Positions 20,323 through 29,792 of a stretch of 64,000 nt of DNA are shown here, piece after piece; position 1 is the stretch's first letter, and the number at the start of each line of letters is the position of its first letter. The translations under genes and the position numbers were made by a program. Under the pieces are notes generated by a model that did not search any database, was not told where the DNA came from, and saw nothing but the letters and a program-made list of their open reading frames with translations. The DNA is from an uncultured Alphaproteobacteria bacterium (GTDB lineage Bacteria; Pseudomonadota; Alphaproteobacteria; Sphingomonadales; Sphingomonadaceae): assembly GCA_963759895.1 (NCBI GenBank), contig CAVXBC010000001.1, forward strand, positions 23,659 to 87,658. The letters run 5' to 3'.

Positions 20323-23300
20323 ATGAAGAATCCCAGCATTCTCAAAGCCAGCGTCGGGCCACTCGCGCTCGCAGTTGCGCTTACAGCATCGCCCGCGTTC
20401 GCGCAGGTCGATCAGAGCACGACCGATACGGCGACGGACGCACCGATTGCGGGCGACGACCAGATCGTCGTCACCGGCACGCTGATCCGTAACCCGAACC
20501 TGGTTCTGTCGAGCCCGGTCATCGTTACCTCGGCCGATCAGATCGAACTCAAGCAGTCGAACGTCGCTGAAGAAGTGCTTCGCGAAATTCCTGGCGTGGT
20601 CGCAAACGTCGGCTCGGCCGTGAACAACGGTAACGGCGGCTCGTCCTACGTCGATCTTCGCGGCCTCGGCGCGAACCGCAACATCGTCCTGCTCGATGGC
20701 AACCGCATCGCGCCGGCCGGTCTGGCCGGTCAGGTCGACCTCAACAACATTCCGCTGGCCCTGATCAGCCGCGTCGACGCCCTGACGGGCGCGGCCGTGA
20801 CCACTTACGGCGCCGACGCCATCACCGGCGTGGTGAACTTTATCACCCGCAAGGACTTCGCCGGCATCGAAGCTTCGGCTGGCTACCAGATCACCGAAAA
20901 GGGCGACGGCGGCTATTTCCGCAGCGACGTCACCATCGGTGCCAATTTCGACGATGGCCGCGGCAACGCCGTGCTCAGCGTCGGCTATCAGGAAGCCGAC
21001 CCGATCTACCAGGGCGATCGCGACTTCTCGGTCAACCAGATCAGTTCGTTCACCGGTGGCGCCGCTGGTTCGGGCACCAGCGTTCCCTCGCGTTTCTCGG
21101 GCACCCGCCCGCTCGATCCGATCACTGGACGTCCCAGCACCGATCCGACGGTTGCGAATGGCGGCGTGCGCCAGATCAACTCCGCGGGCGCCGCGGTGCC
21201 GACTTTCGCCACCTTCAACTTCAACCCGTACAACATCTTCCAGACGCCGTTTAAGCGTTACAACATCTTCGCACAGGCCAACTATCAGGCCAGCGACGCT
21301 GTTGAGGTGTACACACGCGGCCTGTTCTCGAAGAACACGGTTTCGACCATCATCGCGCCTTCGGGCTCGTTCGGTGGTGCGGTCACGATCAACCTGAACA
21401 ACCCGTACCTGCCTGCGACGCTTCGCAATCAGTTCTGCGCGTTCAACACCGCAACCGCTGCAAGCGGCCTGTACACTCCGCGCTTCACTCAGGCGCAGTG
21501 CGATGCCGCGGCGCTCGCGACGGGACCGACCGACCCCAACTATCGTACCGTCACGGCGACGCTTAACCGTCGTTCGGTCGAAGTCGGCCCGCGTATCAGC
21601 GACTACACTTCGACGGTGTTCGATTATCGCCTCGGCCTGCGCGGTGCGATCACCGACACGATCGATTGGGACGTTTCGGGATCCTATGGCGAATCCGAAA
21701 AGATCCAGCAGATCGGTGGCTACACGCTGCAGTCGCGCTTCCGCCAGGCGGCGCTTGTCAACGGTACGCTTGCCAACCCGGTGTGCCAGGACACGTCGAA
21801 CGGCTGCGTTCCGGCCAACCTGTTCGGTCCTGCGGGCTCGATCAGCCAGGAAGCCGCCAACTTCCTGTCGCAGAAGAGCACCAGCACCATCAGCACCAGC
21901 CTCGCGCAGGCCCGTGCGGTCATCTCGGGCGACATGGGCTTCTCCTCGCCCGGCGCTGATGAGCCGATCGGTTTCGCGCTTGGTGCCGAATACCGCAACT
22001 ATGGCGCGCAACAGTCTTCGGACTTGCTCGCCAAGACCCCGGGCGAACTGGGTGGTGCCGGTGGCGCCGCTCCGGACATCGACGGCGGGTACAAGGTCTA
22101 CGAAGGCTTCGCCGAGTTGATCGTTCCGCTGATCGCCGACAAGCCGTTCTTCAAGAGCCTGACTCTCGAAGCCGGCGCCCGGTACTCGGACTACAAGATC
22201 AATGGCGCTGGTTCGAACGACACGTGGACCTACAAGGTCGGCGGTAGCTGGGAACCGATCGACAGCCTGAAGTTCCGCGGCAACTATTCACGGGCCGTCC
22301 GTGCGCCGAACATCGGCGAGTTGTTCACCCCGCAGAACACCGTTCTGACCAACCTGGGCATCGATCCGTGCGCCGGTGCTGCACCGACCACGAACGCCAA
22401 CCTGCGAGCGGTCTGCCTCGCTCAGGGCGCGCCCGCTGGAACCATCGGTTCGATCACCAACCCGACCGCTGGCCAGGCCAACATCACGACTGCCGGCAAC
22501 CTGAACCTGTCGCCCGAAACGGCGACGACCTGGACGGTCGGCGCGGTCGTGCAGCCGACGTTCCTCTCGGGGTTCTCGATGTCGATCGACTACTACAACA
22601 TCCAGGTCAAAGACGTGATCGGTGCGCCGCTCCCGGGCGATCTGGTTGCGGCCTGCTTCGGAGCCATCTCGGCTTCGAGCGCGTCGAACCCGGACTGCAC
22701 GGCCATTCGCCGCAACCCGTTCACCGGCGGGCTTGACGGTGATCCGGCAACCACCCCGGGCCTGTTCGCTCCGTTGAACAACCTGGGAACCCTGCACACG
22801 GATGGCATTGACCTTATCGTCAACTTCAACCGTGACATCGGGTTTGCCCGTCTCGGAATGAACTTCATCGGGAACTGGACGAACAGTTCGCGGTACATGG
22901 CCACTCCGACCAGTCTCGACCGCGAATGCGTTGGCTACTTCAGCGTGAACTGCTCCTTCACCGGATCGCTTCAGCCGGAGTTCCAGTTCTCGCAGCGCAC
23001 CACGCTGTCGTTCGACCAGATCGATCTTTCGCTCCTGTGGCGCTGGATTGACGGGCTGGATCACGAGCCGGCCGATATCGTCGATCAGGGTTCGTTCTAC
23101 TCGGGCACCCTGCCGGCGAACACCGGATCGCTCGCTGGCCGTCAGGTTGACTTCAACCGTATCGGTTCGACGAGCTACTTCGATCTGACCGCGCGCTGGA
23201 ACGTGAGCGACAACTTCACGTTCACGGTCGCCGTCCAGAACCTGCTCGACAACCAGCCGCCGATCGTTGGTAACACTGCCGGTGCGACCACCTTCAACAG

Positions 23301-23373
23301 CGGCAACACCTACCCGGCAACCTATGACTCGCTGGGTCGCCGTTACGCAGTGGGCGCCAAGATCAAGTTCTGA
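20323..23373 (+). CDS. TonB-dependent receptor (TBDR1)
   Basis: ORF 20245..23373(+). Start set to ATG 20323 (MKNPSILKASVGPLALAVALTASPAFAQ signal peptide). Plug domain (IVVTGTLIRNPN..., VDLRGLGANRNIVLLDGNRI), long beta-barrel, C-terminal ...YAVGAKIKF with terminal Phe. Confidence 0.9.
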   Translation: MKNPSILKASVGPLALAVALTASPAFAQVDQSTTDTATDAPIAGDDQIVVTGTLIRNPNLVLSSPVIVTSADQIELKQSNVAEEVLREIPGVVANVGSAVNNGNGGSSYVDLRGLGANRNIVLLDGNRIAPAGLAGQVDLNNIPLALISRVDALTGAAVTTYGADAITGVVNFITRKDFAGIEASAGYQITEKGDGGYFRSDVTIGANFDDGRGNAVLSVGYQEADPIYQGDRDFSVNQISSFTGGAAGSGTSVPSRFSGTRPLDPITGRPSTDPTVANGGVRQINSAGAAVPTFATFNFNPYNIFQTPFKRYNIFAQANYQASDAVEVYTRGLFSKNTVSTIIAPSGSFGGAVTINLNNPYLPATLRNQFCAFNTATAASGLYTPRFTQAQCDAAALATGPTDPNYRTVTATLNRRSVEVGPRISDYTSTVFDYRLGLRGAITDTIDWDVSGSYGESEKIQQIGGYTLQSRFRQAALVNGTLANPVCQDTSNGCVPANLFGPAGSISQEAANFLSQKSTSTISTSLAQARAVISGDMGFSSPGADEPIGFALGAEYRNYGAQQSSDLLAKTPGELGGAGGAAPDIDGGYKVYEGFAELIVPLIADKPFFKSLTLEAGARYSDYKINGAGSNDTWTYKVGGSWEPIDSLKFRGNYSRAVRAPNIGELFTPQNTVLTNLGIDPCAGAAPTTNANLRAVCLAQGAPAGTIGSITNPTAGQANITTAGNLNLSPETATTWTVGAVVQPTFLSGFSMSIDYYNIQVKDVIGAPLPGDLVAACFGAISASSASNPDCTAIRRNPFTGGLDGDPATTPGLFAPLNNLGTLHTDGIDLIVNFNRDIGFARLGMNFIGNWTNSSRYMATPTSLDRECVGYFSVNCSFTGSLQPEFQFSQRTTLSFDQIDLSLLWRWIDGLDHEPADIVDQGSFYSGTLPANTGSLAGRQVDFNRIGSTSYFDLTARWNVSDNFTFTVAVQNLLDNQPPIVGNTAGATTFNSGNTYPATYDSLGRRYAVGAKIKF

Positions 23374-23397
23374 TCAGCGCACATCGCGAACTGAATT

Positions 23398-23431
23398 GGG
23401 GGTGCGCAGCGATGCGCGCCCCCTTTTCTTT
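23398..23431 (+). terminator. Rho-independent terminator after TBDR1
   Basis: GGGGGTGCGCA-GCGA-TGCGCGCCCCC hairpin (11 bp with one G-T pair) followed by TTTTCTTT. Confidence 0.7.
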
Positions 23432-23471
23432 GCGGCCTTGACCCCACGCGCGCTCCGCGCAAGGCAGCCCT

Positions 23472-25052
23472 ATGACCGATCCTTCCGGCCGGGCCGGCAC
23501 GTCAACTGCCAGCGATACCGGTGAAAACACAGGCGACGCCCACGACCAGATGGCGCTTGCGCTCGCCCGCGCCGGTGAAGGTCGCATGGACGAGGCGGAA
23601 GCGCTGCTCGGTCGGGCGCTCGCGCTTGAGCCGCGTAATCCTGCGATCCTCGTCGGGCTGGCGGTCCTCCGCGTTCAGCAAGGGCGTTTGCGCGATGCCG
23701 TGCTTGCCTGCGATGCGGCTATCCGGATTGCGCCGGCCTATGCCGACGCGTGGCGTCAGCGGGGCGCCGTCCTGGCAGCTGGCGGCTCGATGGCCAACGC
23801 GCGCCTGAGCTTTTCCGAAGCAGTCCGCCTCGCCCCTCGGGATGCAGCAGCCCAGGCAGGGCTGGCCGCGCTCGCCGCGCGCGAGGGCGCGTTCGATGAG
23901 GCCAGGGAGCATGCGGAACGCGCGCTCGCCGCCGACCCGTGCAATGTCGTGGCCGCCTGCTCGTTGGGCCGGGCCATGCTGGCAGGGGGCATGGCTGCCG
24001 AAGTGCCCCCGTTGCTCAGCCCACATCTGGGCCGGCTGGAGGGACCGTCATCCGATCGCGTCCTGGCGCTCAACCTGCTCGCAGACGCGGCACACCGTCT
24101 GGGCAACCACGAAGAGGCGTATGCCCATTACGCTGCCTCAAAAGCAGACTTTGCCGATCTCAATGCGCTTGAAGGAGAGCGGCTGACCCACACCCAGTTC
24201 ATCGAGGCAATCCACGAAGGCCTGAGAGTGACCGACACCAGCGCGTGGCCCGCCGCATCGGCTCGTCAGCCCGCGACGGCGATCGATCCGCATGTGTTCC
24301 TGATCGGATATCCCAGATCGGGCACAACGCTGGTGGAAAACGTGCTTGCCTCGCTCGATGGCGTCGCGGCGCTGGAGGAAAGGCCGACACTGGTCGATGC
24401 CGACCTGGCCTATCTCGGCGGCGATCGCGCCGGGATAGTCGAAGCGTTGGCAAGGTTTGGGCAGGCGCCGGAAGACGAATTGCGTGCATTGCGCGAGGCC
24501 TATTGGCGCAAGGTTCACTCGGCCGGGATTGCCGCCAGTGCCAGCGCCTTCGTTGACATGGATCCGCTCAAGGGCACTCGCCTCCCCCTGATCGCCAGGC
24601 TCTTTCCCGAGTCGCGCATCATCATCATGCGCCGCGATCCGCGCGACATTGTCTGGAGTTGCTTCAAGACCAATTTCGCGATGACGAGCGGCACGTTGGA
24701 ATACACCACTCTCGAAGGGGCGGCCCGCCATTACGATGCACTGATGCGCCTTACCGAACTGGCGCTGGAAAAGCTGAAACTCGCGACCCACGTCGTCCAC
24801 TATCACGAGCTTGTGCAGCATTTCGGCTCTACCACCCGGCAAATCTGCGATTTTGCGGGAATTGAATGGAGCGATTGCGTTCATCGCTTCGATACCACTG
24901 CGCAGCGTCGCGGCGTGTCGACCGCGAGCGCGGCCCAGGTTCGACGTGGGCTGTACGACGGCACAGGACAATGGAAGCCCTATGCCAGATGGCTCGAACC
25001 GGTCATGCCGATCCTGTCGCCGTGGATCGAGAAGTTCGGTTATACTCTCTAG
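23472..25052 (+). CDS. TPR repeat-containing sulfotransferase family protein
   Basis: ORF 23472..25052(+). N-terminal half is TPR-like Ala/Leu-rich repeats. C-terminal half carries the PAPS 5'-phosphosulfate loop (IGYPRSGTTLVENVL) and a 3'-phosphate motif (IIIMRRDPRDIVWSCF). No signal peptide. Confidence 0.85.
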   Translation: MTDPSGRAGTSTASDTGENTGDAHDQMALALARAGEGRMDEAEALLGRALALEPRNPAILVGLAVLRVQQGRLRDAVLACDAAIRIAPAYADAWRQRGAVLAAGGSMANARLSFSEAVRLAPRDAAAQAGLAALAAREGAFDEAREHAERALAADPCNVVAACSLGRAMLAGGMAAEVPPLLSPHLGRLEGPSSDRVLALNLLADAAHRLGNHEEAYAHYAASKADFADLNALEGERLTHTQFIEAIHEGLRVTDTSAWPAASARQPATAIDPHVFLIGYPRSGTTLVENVLASLDGVAALEERPTLVDADLAYLGGDRAGIVEALARFGQAPEDELRALREAYWRKVHSAGIAASASAFVDMDPLKGTRLPLIARLFPESRIIIMRRDPRDIVWSCFKTNFAMTSGTLEYTTLEGAARHYDALMRLTELALEKLKLATHVVHYHELVQHFGSTTRQICDFAGIEWSDCVHRFDTTAQRRGVSTASAAQVRRGLYDGTGQWKPYARWLEPVMPILSPWIEKFGYTL

Positions 25053-26071
25053 GCAAGCAGTGCGTTGGGCGCTTCGAACGAAATTCCTGCAAGTTCAGCC
25101 ACCTGCCGCGCCCATGCCACCACCGTCTCGATCTCCTCGCCATAGGCGGCGCGCGCTTGCGCGTAATCGGCCCGGCGCGTCTCGGGGGAATAGGCAACCC
25201 CGGACTTGGAGTGCCGGGTGAATGCCGGTCCGGCCGCGATCGTGGCGGATGCCCGGGTGCTGATATCGATGCCGAAATGCCTTGAGACGGCCGCGATCGC
25301 CTCCGTCGGATCGGCGATCATCCGGTCCGCATCCAGCGAACGAAGACGGTTCCGGCCGAGCGTGGCAGCAAGCCGGGCGAAGTATGCGTGCTGGGCAAGC
25401 CATCCGATCGCGGCGATCTGTAGATCGCTCTGGCGAAAATAGTCTTCTGCACTGAACGGAAAATCGACGAACTTTTCGCGCAAGTATCCTTCCAGAAGTT
25501 CGCGCACCCACAGGCGGCAGGGTAGCCCCTTGCGCGCGACCGAGATCAGGAAGCTTTCCAGCGGCGCGAAAAGGAAGATCGCCGGCGCATCGCGGTTGAG
25601 CGCCAAAAGCAGTTCAGCCAGCGGGTTTACCACGTTGGATGGCTTCACCACCACCGCGGTTTCGTCACCATACGGGCGTCCCAGCAAACGAATGGACCCA
25701 TCGGCCAACCGCGCCACCGCGCGTGCATCGGCTCCCCGGCGCCGAAAACCGACGATATCGTTCAGCAGGACCGGTTCGCTGAGCGAGGATGCGACACCGC
25801 CGATATCAAGGGCTTGCGACAGCATGGTCGAACCGCAGAAAGCAGAATGAAACAACCAGCCCACTCGTGGCGCGCGGAACTGGTTGAGGATCTCATCGGC
25901 ACGGACATCGTACGGCCCAGGACGATCGCCCAGGTTGGCATCGGTCAGAAAGGGCACGCTCCGGCGGTCAGCGCGGGGAACCCGGATAAATCGAAAGGCG
26001 TCTTTGCCTTCGACATATCGATGCGCGAGCCAATCCGGGTCGAGGGGTGAGAATTGAACGCTTCCGGCCAT
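25049..26071 (-). CDS. Uncharacterised protein, paralogue P1 (sulfotransferase-like CGST loop)
   Basis: ORF 25049..26071(-), ATG at 26071. Aligns along its length with the product of 28763..29743 (GW-x-FH-x-A-x-CGST-x-L-x-x-ALD, L-x-EP, VVK, DAP-x-IFL, ...SK). The FH-x-A-x-CGST loop resembles a sulfotransferase P-loop, so function is an inference only. No signal peptide. Confidence 0.7.
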   Translation of the reverse strand: MAGSVQFSPLDPDWLAHRYVEGKDAFRFIRVPRADRRSVPFLTDANLGDRPGPYDVRADEILNQFRAPRVGWLFHSAFCGSTMLSQALDIGGVASSLSEPVLLNDIVGFRRRGADARAVARLADGSIRLLGRPYGDETAVVVKPSNVVNPLAELLLALNRDAPAIFLFAPLESFLISVARKGLPCRLWVRELLEGYLREKFVDFPFSAEDYFRQSDLQIAAIGWLAQHAYFARLAATLGRNRLRSLDADRMIADPTEAIAAVSRHFGIDISTRASATIAAGPAFTRHSKSGVAYSPETRRADYAQARAAYGEEIETVVAWARQVAELAGISFEAPNALLA

Positions 26072-26151
26072 CGTTGCGACTATGGCAGCTTCGCCAATCG
26101 CAGCAACTCGCCACTTGCCGGTTTCCGCACCTCTGCGTAGTCCACCAGGTC

Positions 26152-27315
26152 ATGAACGCGGCCGCTACTGCCCAGCAAGCCAACGCGAGCGGCCTTGCCG
26201 CATTACGCGCGGGAGACCACGCCACCGCAATTCGGGAGTTCAGTCGCGCGACCGCTGCCGATCCGCAGGCCGGTAGCTTGTGGCGAAATCTCGCCCACGC
26301 CTATCGCCTGGCCGGGGACGACGAGGGAGAACGGCGGGCACTTGAAAGTGCGTTGGCCCTCGACCGGCTGGACTTTCCAGCCCAGCTGCGCCGCGCGCAG
26401 CTTTTGCAGCGGCTGGGCGAAGACGTGACGGCGTTGCAGGCATGGGACGGCGTGTTTCAACTGGCCCAGAAGCTGGAGAGCCCCTCACCGGGATTGGAGC
26501 CAGAACTGGAAGCGGGGCGCGCATACTGCGCGGCCCTGCGCGATCGGGTCGCGGAGGCCGCCCAGCGGGCGTTGGCCGACCAGACCGACCGTACCGCAGC
26601 AGAAGATCGGCGCCTCAACGCTTTCGTGGATCTTGCCGTCGGAAAACGCCGGATCTTTCATAATCAGTGCAGCGGCGCGCATTATCCCTTTCTTCCGGAA
26701 GACGAGTTTTTCGATCGGGAGCTGTTCCCGTCATTTGCGGCGATCGAACAGGCTGCGCCCGCGATAAAGGCTGAGTTCCATGATCTGATCGGGACGAGTG
26801 ACGAATTGATCAGGCCCTACGTCCGCATGGACGAAGGGACACCGCAAAATGAATGGTCATCGCTCGACGGCTCGCTCGATTGGGGTGCATGCTTCCTGTG
26901 GGAATACGGCGTCCCGAACCAGCCGGTCCTCGACCGCTGTCCGCAAACCGCCGAGCTGATCGAGAGCCTGCCGCTCGCGCGAATTCCCGGGCGTGCGCCA
27001 AACGTGTTCTTCTCGCTGCTGAAGGCAGGTAGCCGGATCCCCCCGCACACCGGCGTGACGAACACCCGCGCCATCGTCCATCTGGGAATCGAGATACCAC
27101 CGGGCTGCGGCTTTCGAGTAGGCAATGAAACGCGGGAATGGGTCGAAGGAAAGGCCTTTGCGTTCGATGATACCATCGAGCACGAAGCCTGGAACGAGGG
27201 CCGCGAGCCCCGCGCAGTGCTGATCCTCGATTACTGGAACCCGCATCTCACCCACGCCGAGCGCACGGCAATAGCGCGTTATTTCGTCGAGGCTGACCGC
27301 GCTTTAAAGCGCTAA
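26152..27315 (+). CDS. TPR repeat-containing aspartyl/asparaginyl beta-hydroxylase family protein (Fe(II)/2OG cupin)
   Basis: ORF 26047..27315(+). Start set to ATG 26152 (MNAAATAQQANASGLAALRAGDH). N-terminal TPR-like repeats. C-terminal AspH/LpxO-type region (FFSLLKAGSRIPPHTGVTNTRAIVHLGIEIP...FAFDDTIEHEAWN). Confidence 0.8.
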   Translation: MNAAATAQQANASGLAALRAGDHATAIREFSRATAADPQAGSLWRNLAHAYRLAGDDEGERRALESALALDRLDFPAQLRRAQLLQRLGEDVTALQAWDGVFQLAQKLESPSPGLEPELEAGRAYCAALRDRVAEAAQRALADQTDRTAAEDRRLNAFVDLAVGKRRIFHNQCSGAHYPFLPEDEFFDRELFPSFAAIEQAAPAIKAEFHDLIGTSDELIRPYVRMDEGTPQNEWSSLDGSLDWGACFLWEYGVPNQPVLDRCPQTAELIESLPLARIPGRAPNVFFSLLKAGSRIPPHTGVTNTRAIVHLGIEIPPGCGFRVGNETREWVEGKAFAFDDTIEHEAWNEGREPRAVLILDYWNPHLTHAERTAIARYFVEADRALKR

Positions 27316-27398
27316 CTCGGTTAACTGGGCGAGCGTTAAATTGACAAATGATCCCGCGAAGGGCATCATCGCTAGCTGTTCTCACGGGACGAATAGCT

Positions 27399-27740
27399 AT
27401 GTTGAGACCGATCGTGCTCGGCTGCGTTTTGTTCGTGTCTGTTTCCGCCGCGGCGCAGGACGCCTCGGCACCGGATACCCTGACGCTGATGTCGTCGAAG
27501 GAAATTGCTGCGCACAACGCCAGCCTCGACCCTTCCGACAAGACCTTCATCAAGTGCGTTCGCAGCGAACGGCCCGGATCGCTGGTGAAAAAGCGGTACT
27601 GCCGGACCAATGCCGATTGGGACCGGAGAGCCGAAATCGCGAACCGGGACGCGCGCGATATCGTCGACAGGATTTTGACCAGCGGCTCGACACATGGCGA
27701 GGAGCCGGCCGGATCCCTGGTGCCCGCGATTCCCAATTGA
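27399..27740 (+). CDS. Small secreted two-Cys protein, tandem paralogue 1
   Basis: ATG 27399 within ORF 27348..27740 gives MLRPIVLGCVLFVSVSAAAQD (Sec signal). The mature part shares the core MS-x-x-EI-x-A-x-NA...I-x-C-x-RS-x-x-x-GS-x-V-x-x-x-Y-(x)-CRTNA-x-W...RDI-x-D-x-x-TS with the next gene. Confidence 0.65.
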   Translation: MLRPIVLGCVLFVSVSAAAQDASAPDTLTLMSSKEIAAHNASLDPSDKTFIKCVRSERPGSLVKKRYCRTNADWDRRAEIANRDARDIVDRILTSGSTHGEEPAGSLVPAIPN

Positions 27741-27768
27741 AGACCAATTTTCTGAAATGGAGCCTGTA

Positions 27769-28080
27769 ATGATTTTCTTCGCCAACGCTCTTTTGGCGAT
27801 CATCGGTTCTGCGACAGCTGCCAGCGCAGTGGCCGATATCCCCGAGCCCAACCCCAAGGCCATGTCACAGGCCGAGATCCGTGCGTTCAACGCCACTGTC
27901 GACAAGGGGCACAAGTACTACATTCGGTGCAAGCGCAGCGCTCCCACCGGGTCGTTTGTTGCCCGCGAATACAGTTGCCGCACGAATGCCCAGTGGGCCG
28001 CGGCGGATACTCGCGGGAATCAGGAATCGCGCGACATCTTGGACGAGATGACCAGCAAGGCCACGAACACCAGCAACTGA
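27769..28080 (+). CDS. Small secreted two-Cys protein, tandem paralogue 2
   Basis: ATG 27769 (GGAG 6 nt upstream) within ORF 27694..28080 gives MIFFANALLAIIGSATAASAVA (signal-like). Contains YYIRCKRSAPTGSFVAREYSCRTNAQW...SRDILDEMTS, homologous to the preceding gene. ATG 27757 is an alternative start. Confidence 0.65.
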   Translation: MIFFANALLAIIGSATAASAVADIPEPNPKAMSQAEIRAFNATVDKGHKYYIRCKRSAPTGSFVAREYSCRTNAQWAAADTRGNQESRDILDEMTSKATNTSN

Positions 28081-28109
28081 GCGGCGGGCCCGCGACCGCC
28101 GGCTCGCGT

Positions 28110-28634
28110 TCAGTTGGCGAGCCGGACGACGCGGACGCCCGGCTGCTTGTCCACATTGGCCATGAAGCTGCCCATGGCCGCGCGCTTGATGTGAATCGGA
28201 TTGCCGACCTTGGGATAGACGTTGCGTCCCTCGGTCTGCTTCCAGCGCGCGCCGTCCTCCAGCACGAAGATGGGCATGCCGTCGCTGGCTGTCCGGAGGC
28301 CGGTGATCGTGCTGTCGATGGACGTCACCTCTTCGCTGTCGCCGCCGCTGAACAGCTTGAGGCTGGGAAGTCCCAGGCCGAACACTCCCCGCCGTGTCTC
28401 GCGCATGGTCTCCCGGTCGACCACCAGGACCTGGCGATCCTTACTGGCGGAAGCCAGTTCGGCGACCGAACGATCGAAACACGCCAGGCGCGCCTGCGGT
28501 TCGGTTACCGCCTCGCAATCGAGGACCGATTGTAGCACTTGCGGGACAGGAGGTGGCGACCGGTCCGAATCCGCCCAGGCCATCGTGGACCCAGCCGCAA
28601 AGACCCCGGTCAGGGCCATGGTCAACAATCGCAT
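28110..28634 (-). CDS. Hypothetical secreted protein
   Basis: ORF 28110..28697(-). Start set to ATG 28634 (MRLLTMALTGVFAAGSTMAWA signal peptide). Contains a C-x9-RLACFD motif, then a beta-rich C-terminal domain. No family recognised. Confidence 0.6.
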   Translation of the reverse strand: MRLLTMALTGVFAAGSTMAWADSDRSPPPVPQVLQSVLDCEAVTEPQARLACFDRSVAELASASKDRQVLVVDRETMRETRRGVFGLGLPSLKLFSGGDSEEVTSIDSTITGLRTASDGMPIFVLEDGARWKQTEGRNVYPKVGNPIHIKRAAMGSFMANVDKQPGVRVVRLAN

Positions 28635-28762
28635 CTGATTTCCTGTCGTTCGAGTTTTTGTGCGAGGCAAAATGCCTTCCTGCCCGCGACATGGCAAGCT
28701 GCGTTCCCGTCACTCGGCAGAAGCGGGCGTGCGGTTGAAGGCGAAATTCCCGCAATTCTCGC

Positions 28763-29743
28763 TCACGCCATGTGCGTCAAGCTGCGCCCGCTGATCGCGT
28801 CTGCCACGTCCTGGGCATCCGGCGCATTCCGATCAATCCATTCCCCCGCCATATCGATATCGGGAGCCAGATCATGTCGCAGCGCATCGCGTCGCTGCAG
28901 CCGCAGCGAATTGTCGAACGATATCGCCGGATTCTTTGCCGAACGGGAAAACAGAGGCCCGCTGACCAGGCGCTCGATATCGGCGGCTGAACAATCGATC
29001 TCGAGCAAGCCCGCCGCAGCTTCCAGCGTTTTCGCTGGTTCGGCGAAAAAGACCTCGGCGTCCAAGGAAGACGATCGGGGCATTCGCGCAAGACCGGCGT
29101 GAAACAGGCGCATTTGAGCAAGCCACAGCCGCGCGACGCATTCGCCGTCACTCAGCGCGGTGGTGTCACCCAGCACATGGGAGAGTTCGCCCAGAACTCG
29201 GCGTAGCCATGCGCGATGGTTGTCGTTCCGCAGGACCGCCAACAGGTAATCAAGCCAGTTGTGATACAGGAAAATGACTGGTGCATCGGGCGAAGCTGCA
29301 GCGATTTCGGGAATGATGAAATTGACCGGCACATTGGCCTTGACCACCGTCGGGCCAGTGGCGGGATATCGTTTGCCGAGCATCCGTAAAGTCAGCGCCA
29401 GCCGGTTGTCGTTCGGTGTCAGCGCTACTTGTCGAAGCGCCAAAGGCTCGCGCAGGACCAGATTGTCACCCAGCTCGTCCAGTGCCCGGGCCAACAGCGT
29501 CGATCCACAATGGGCGATATGGAAAACCCACCCGGTTTGCAGGGTTTGACCGTTCGCGTCCCCACCCAGCGAAACCGCCGGAATCCGCATCGACCGCTCG
29601 GCCACGGGGCTGATCCGGTCATCCAGGAAGATCGACCGACGGTAGGCCGCCCTGTCCATCGGCACGAAGATGGCATCAGCCTGATCGAAGGAGTGCAGGA
29701 AGTGGTCCGGCGATACGATCAGGTCAGCTAGGGTGATGGGCAT
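28763..29743 (-). CDS. Uncharacterised protein, paralogue P2 (sulfotransferase-like CGST loop)
   Basis: ORF 28763..29743(-), ATG at 29743. Homologous to P1 (GWVFHIAHCGSTLLARALDELG...LREP...VVKANVPVN...DAPVIFLY...SLDAE...SRSAKN). Confidence 0.7.
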   Translation of the reverse strand: MPITLADLIVSPDHFLHSFDQADAIFVPMDRAAYRRSIFLDDRISPVAERSMRIPAVSLGGDANGQTLQTGWVFHIAHCGSTLLARALDELGDNLVLREPLALRQVALTPNDNRLALTLRMLGKRYPATGPTVVKANVPVNFIIPEIAAASPDAPVIFLYHNWLDYLLAVLRNDNHRAWLRRVLGELSHVLGDTTALSDGECVARLWLAQMRLFHAGLARMPRSSSLDAEVFFAEPAKTLEAAAGLLEIDCSAADIERLVSGPLFSRSAKNPAISFDNSLRLQRRDALRHDLAPDIDMAGEWIDRNAPDAQDVADAISGRSLTHMA

Positions 29744-29792
29744 CGCAAAGGATATAGCGACCCAAGTCGGCGGCAGCTATGGGCGACGGGCG

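Noticed and set aside
18350-22011. 627-aa (+) and 631-aa (-) ORFs opposite the thiolase gene and TBDR1
   Set aside because: These are antisense shadows of strongly supported genes, with no motifs and GC-driven open frames.
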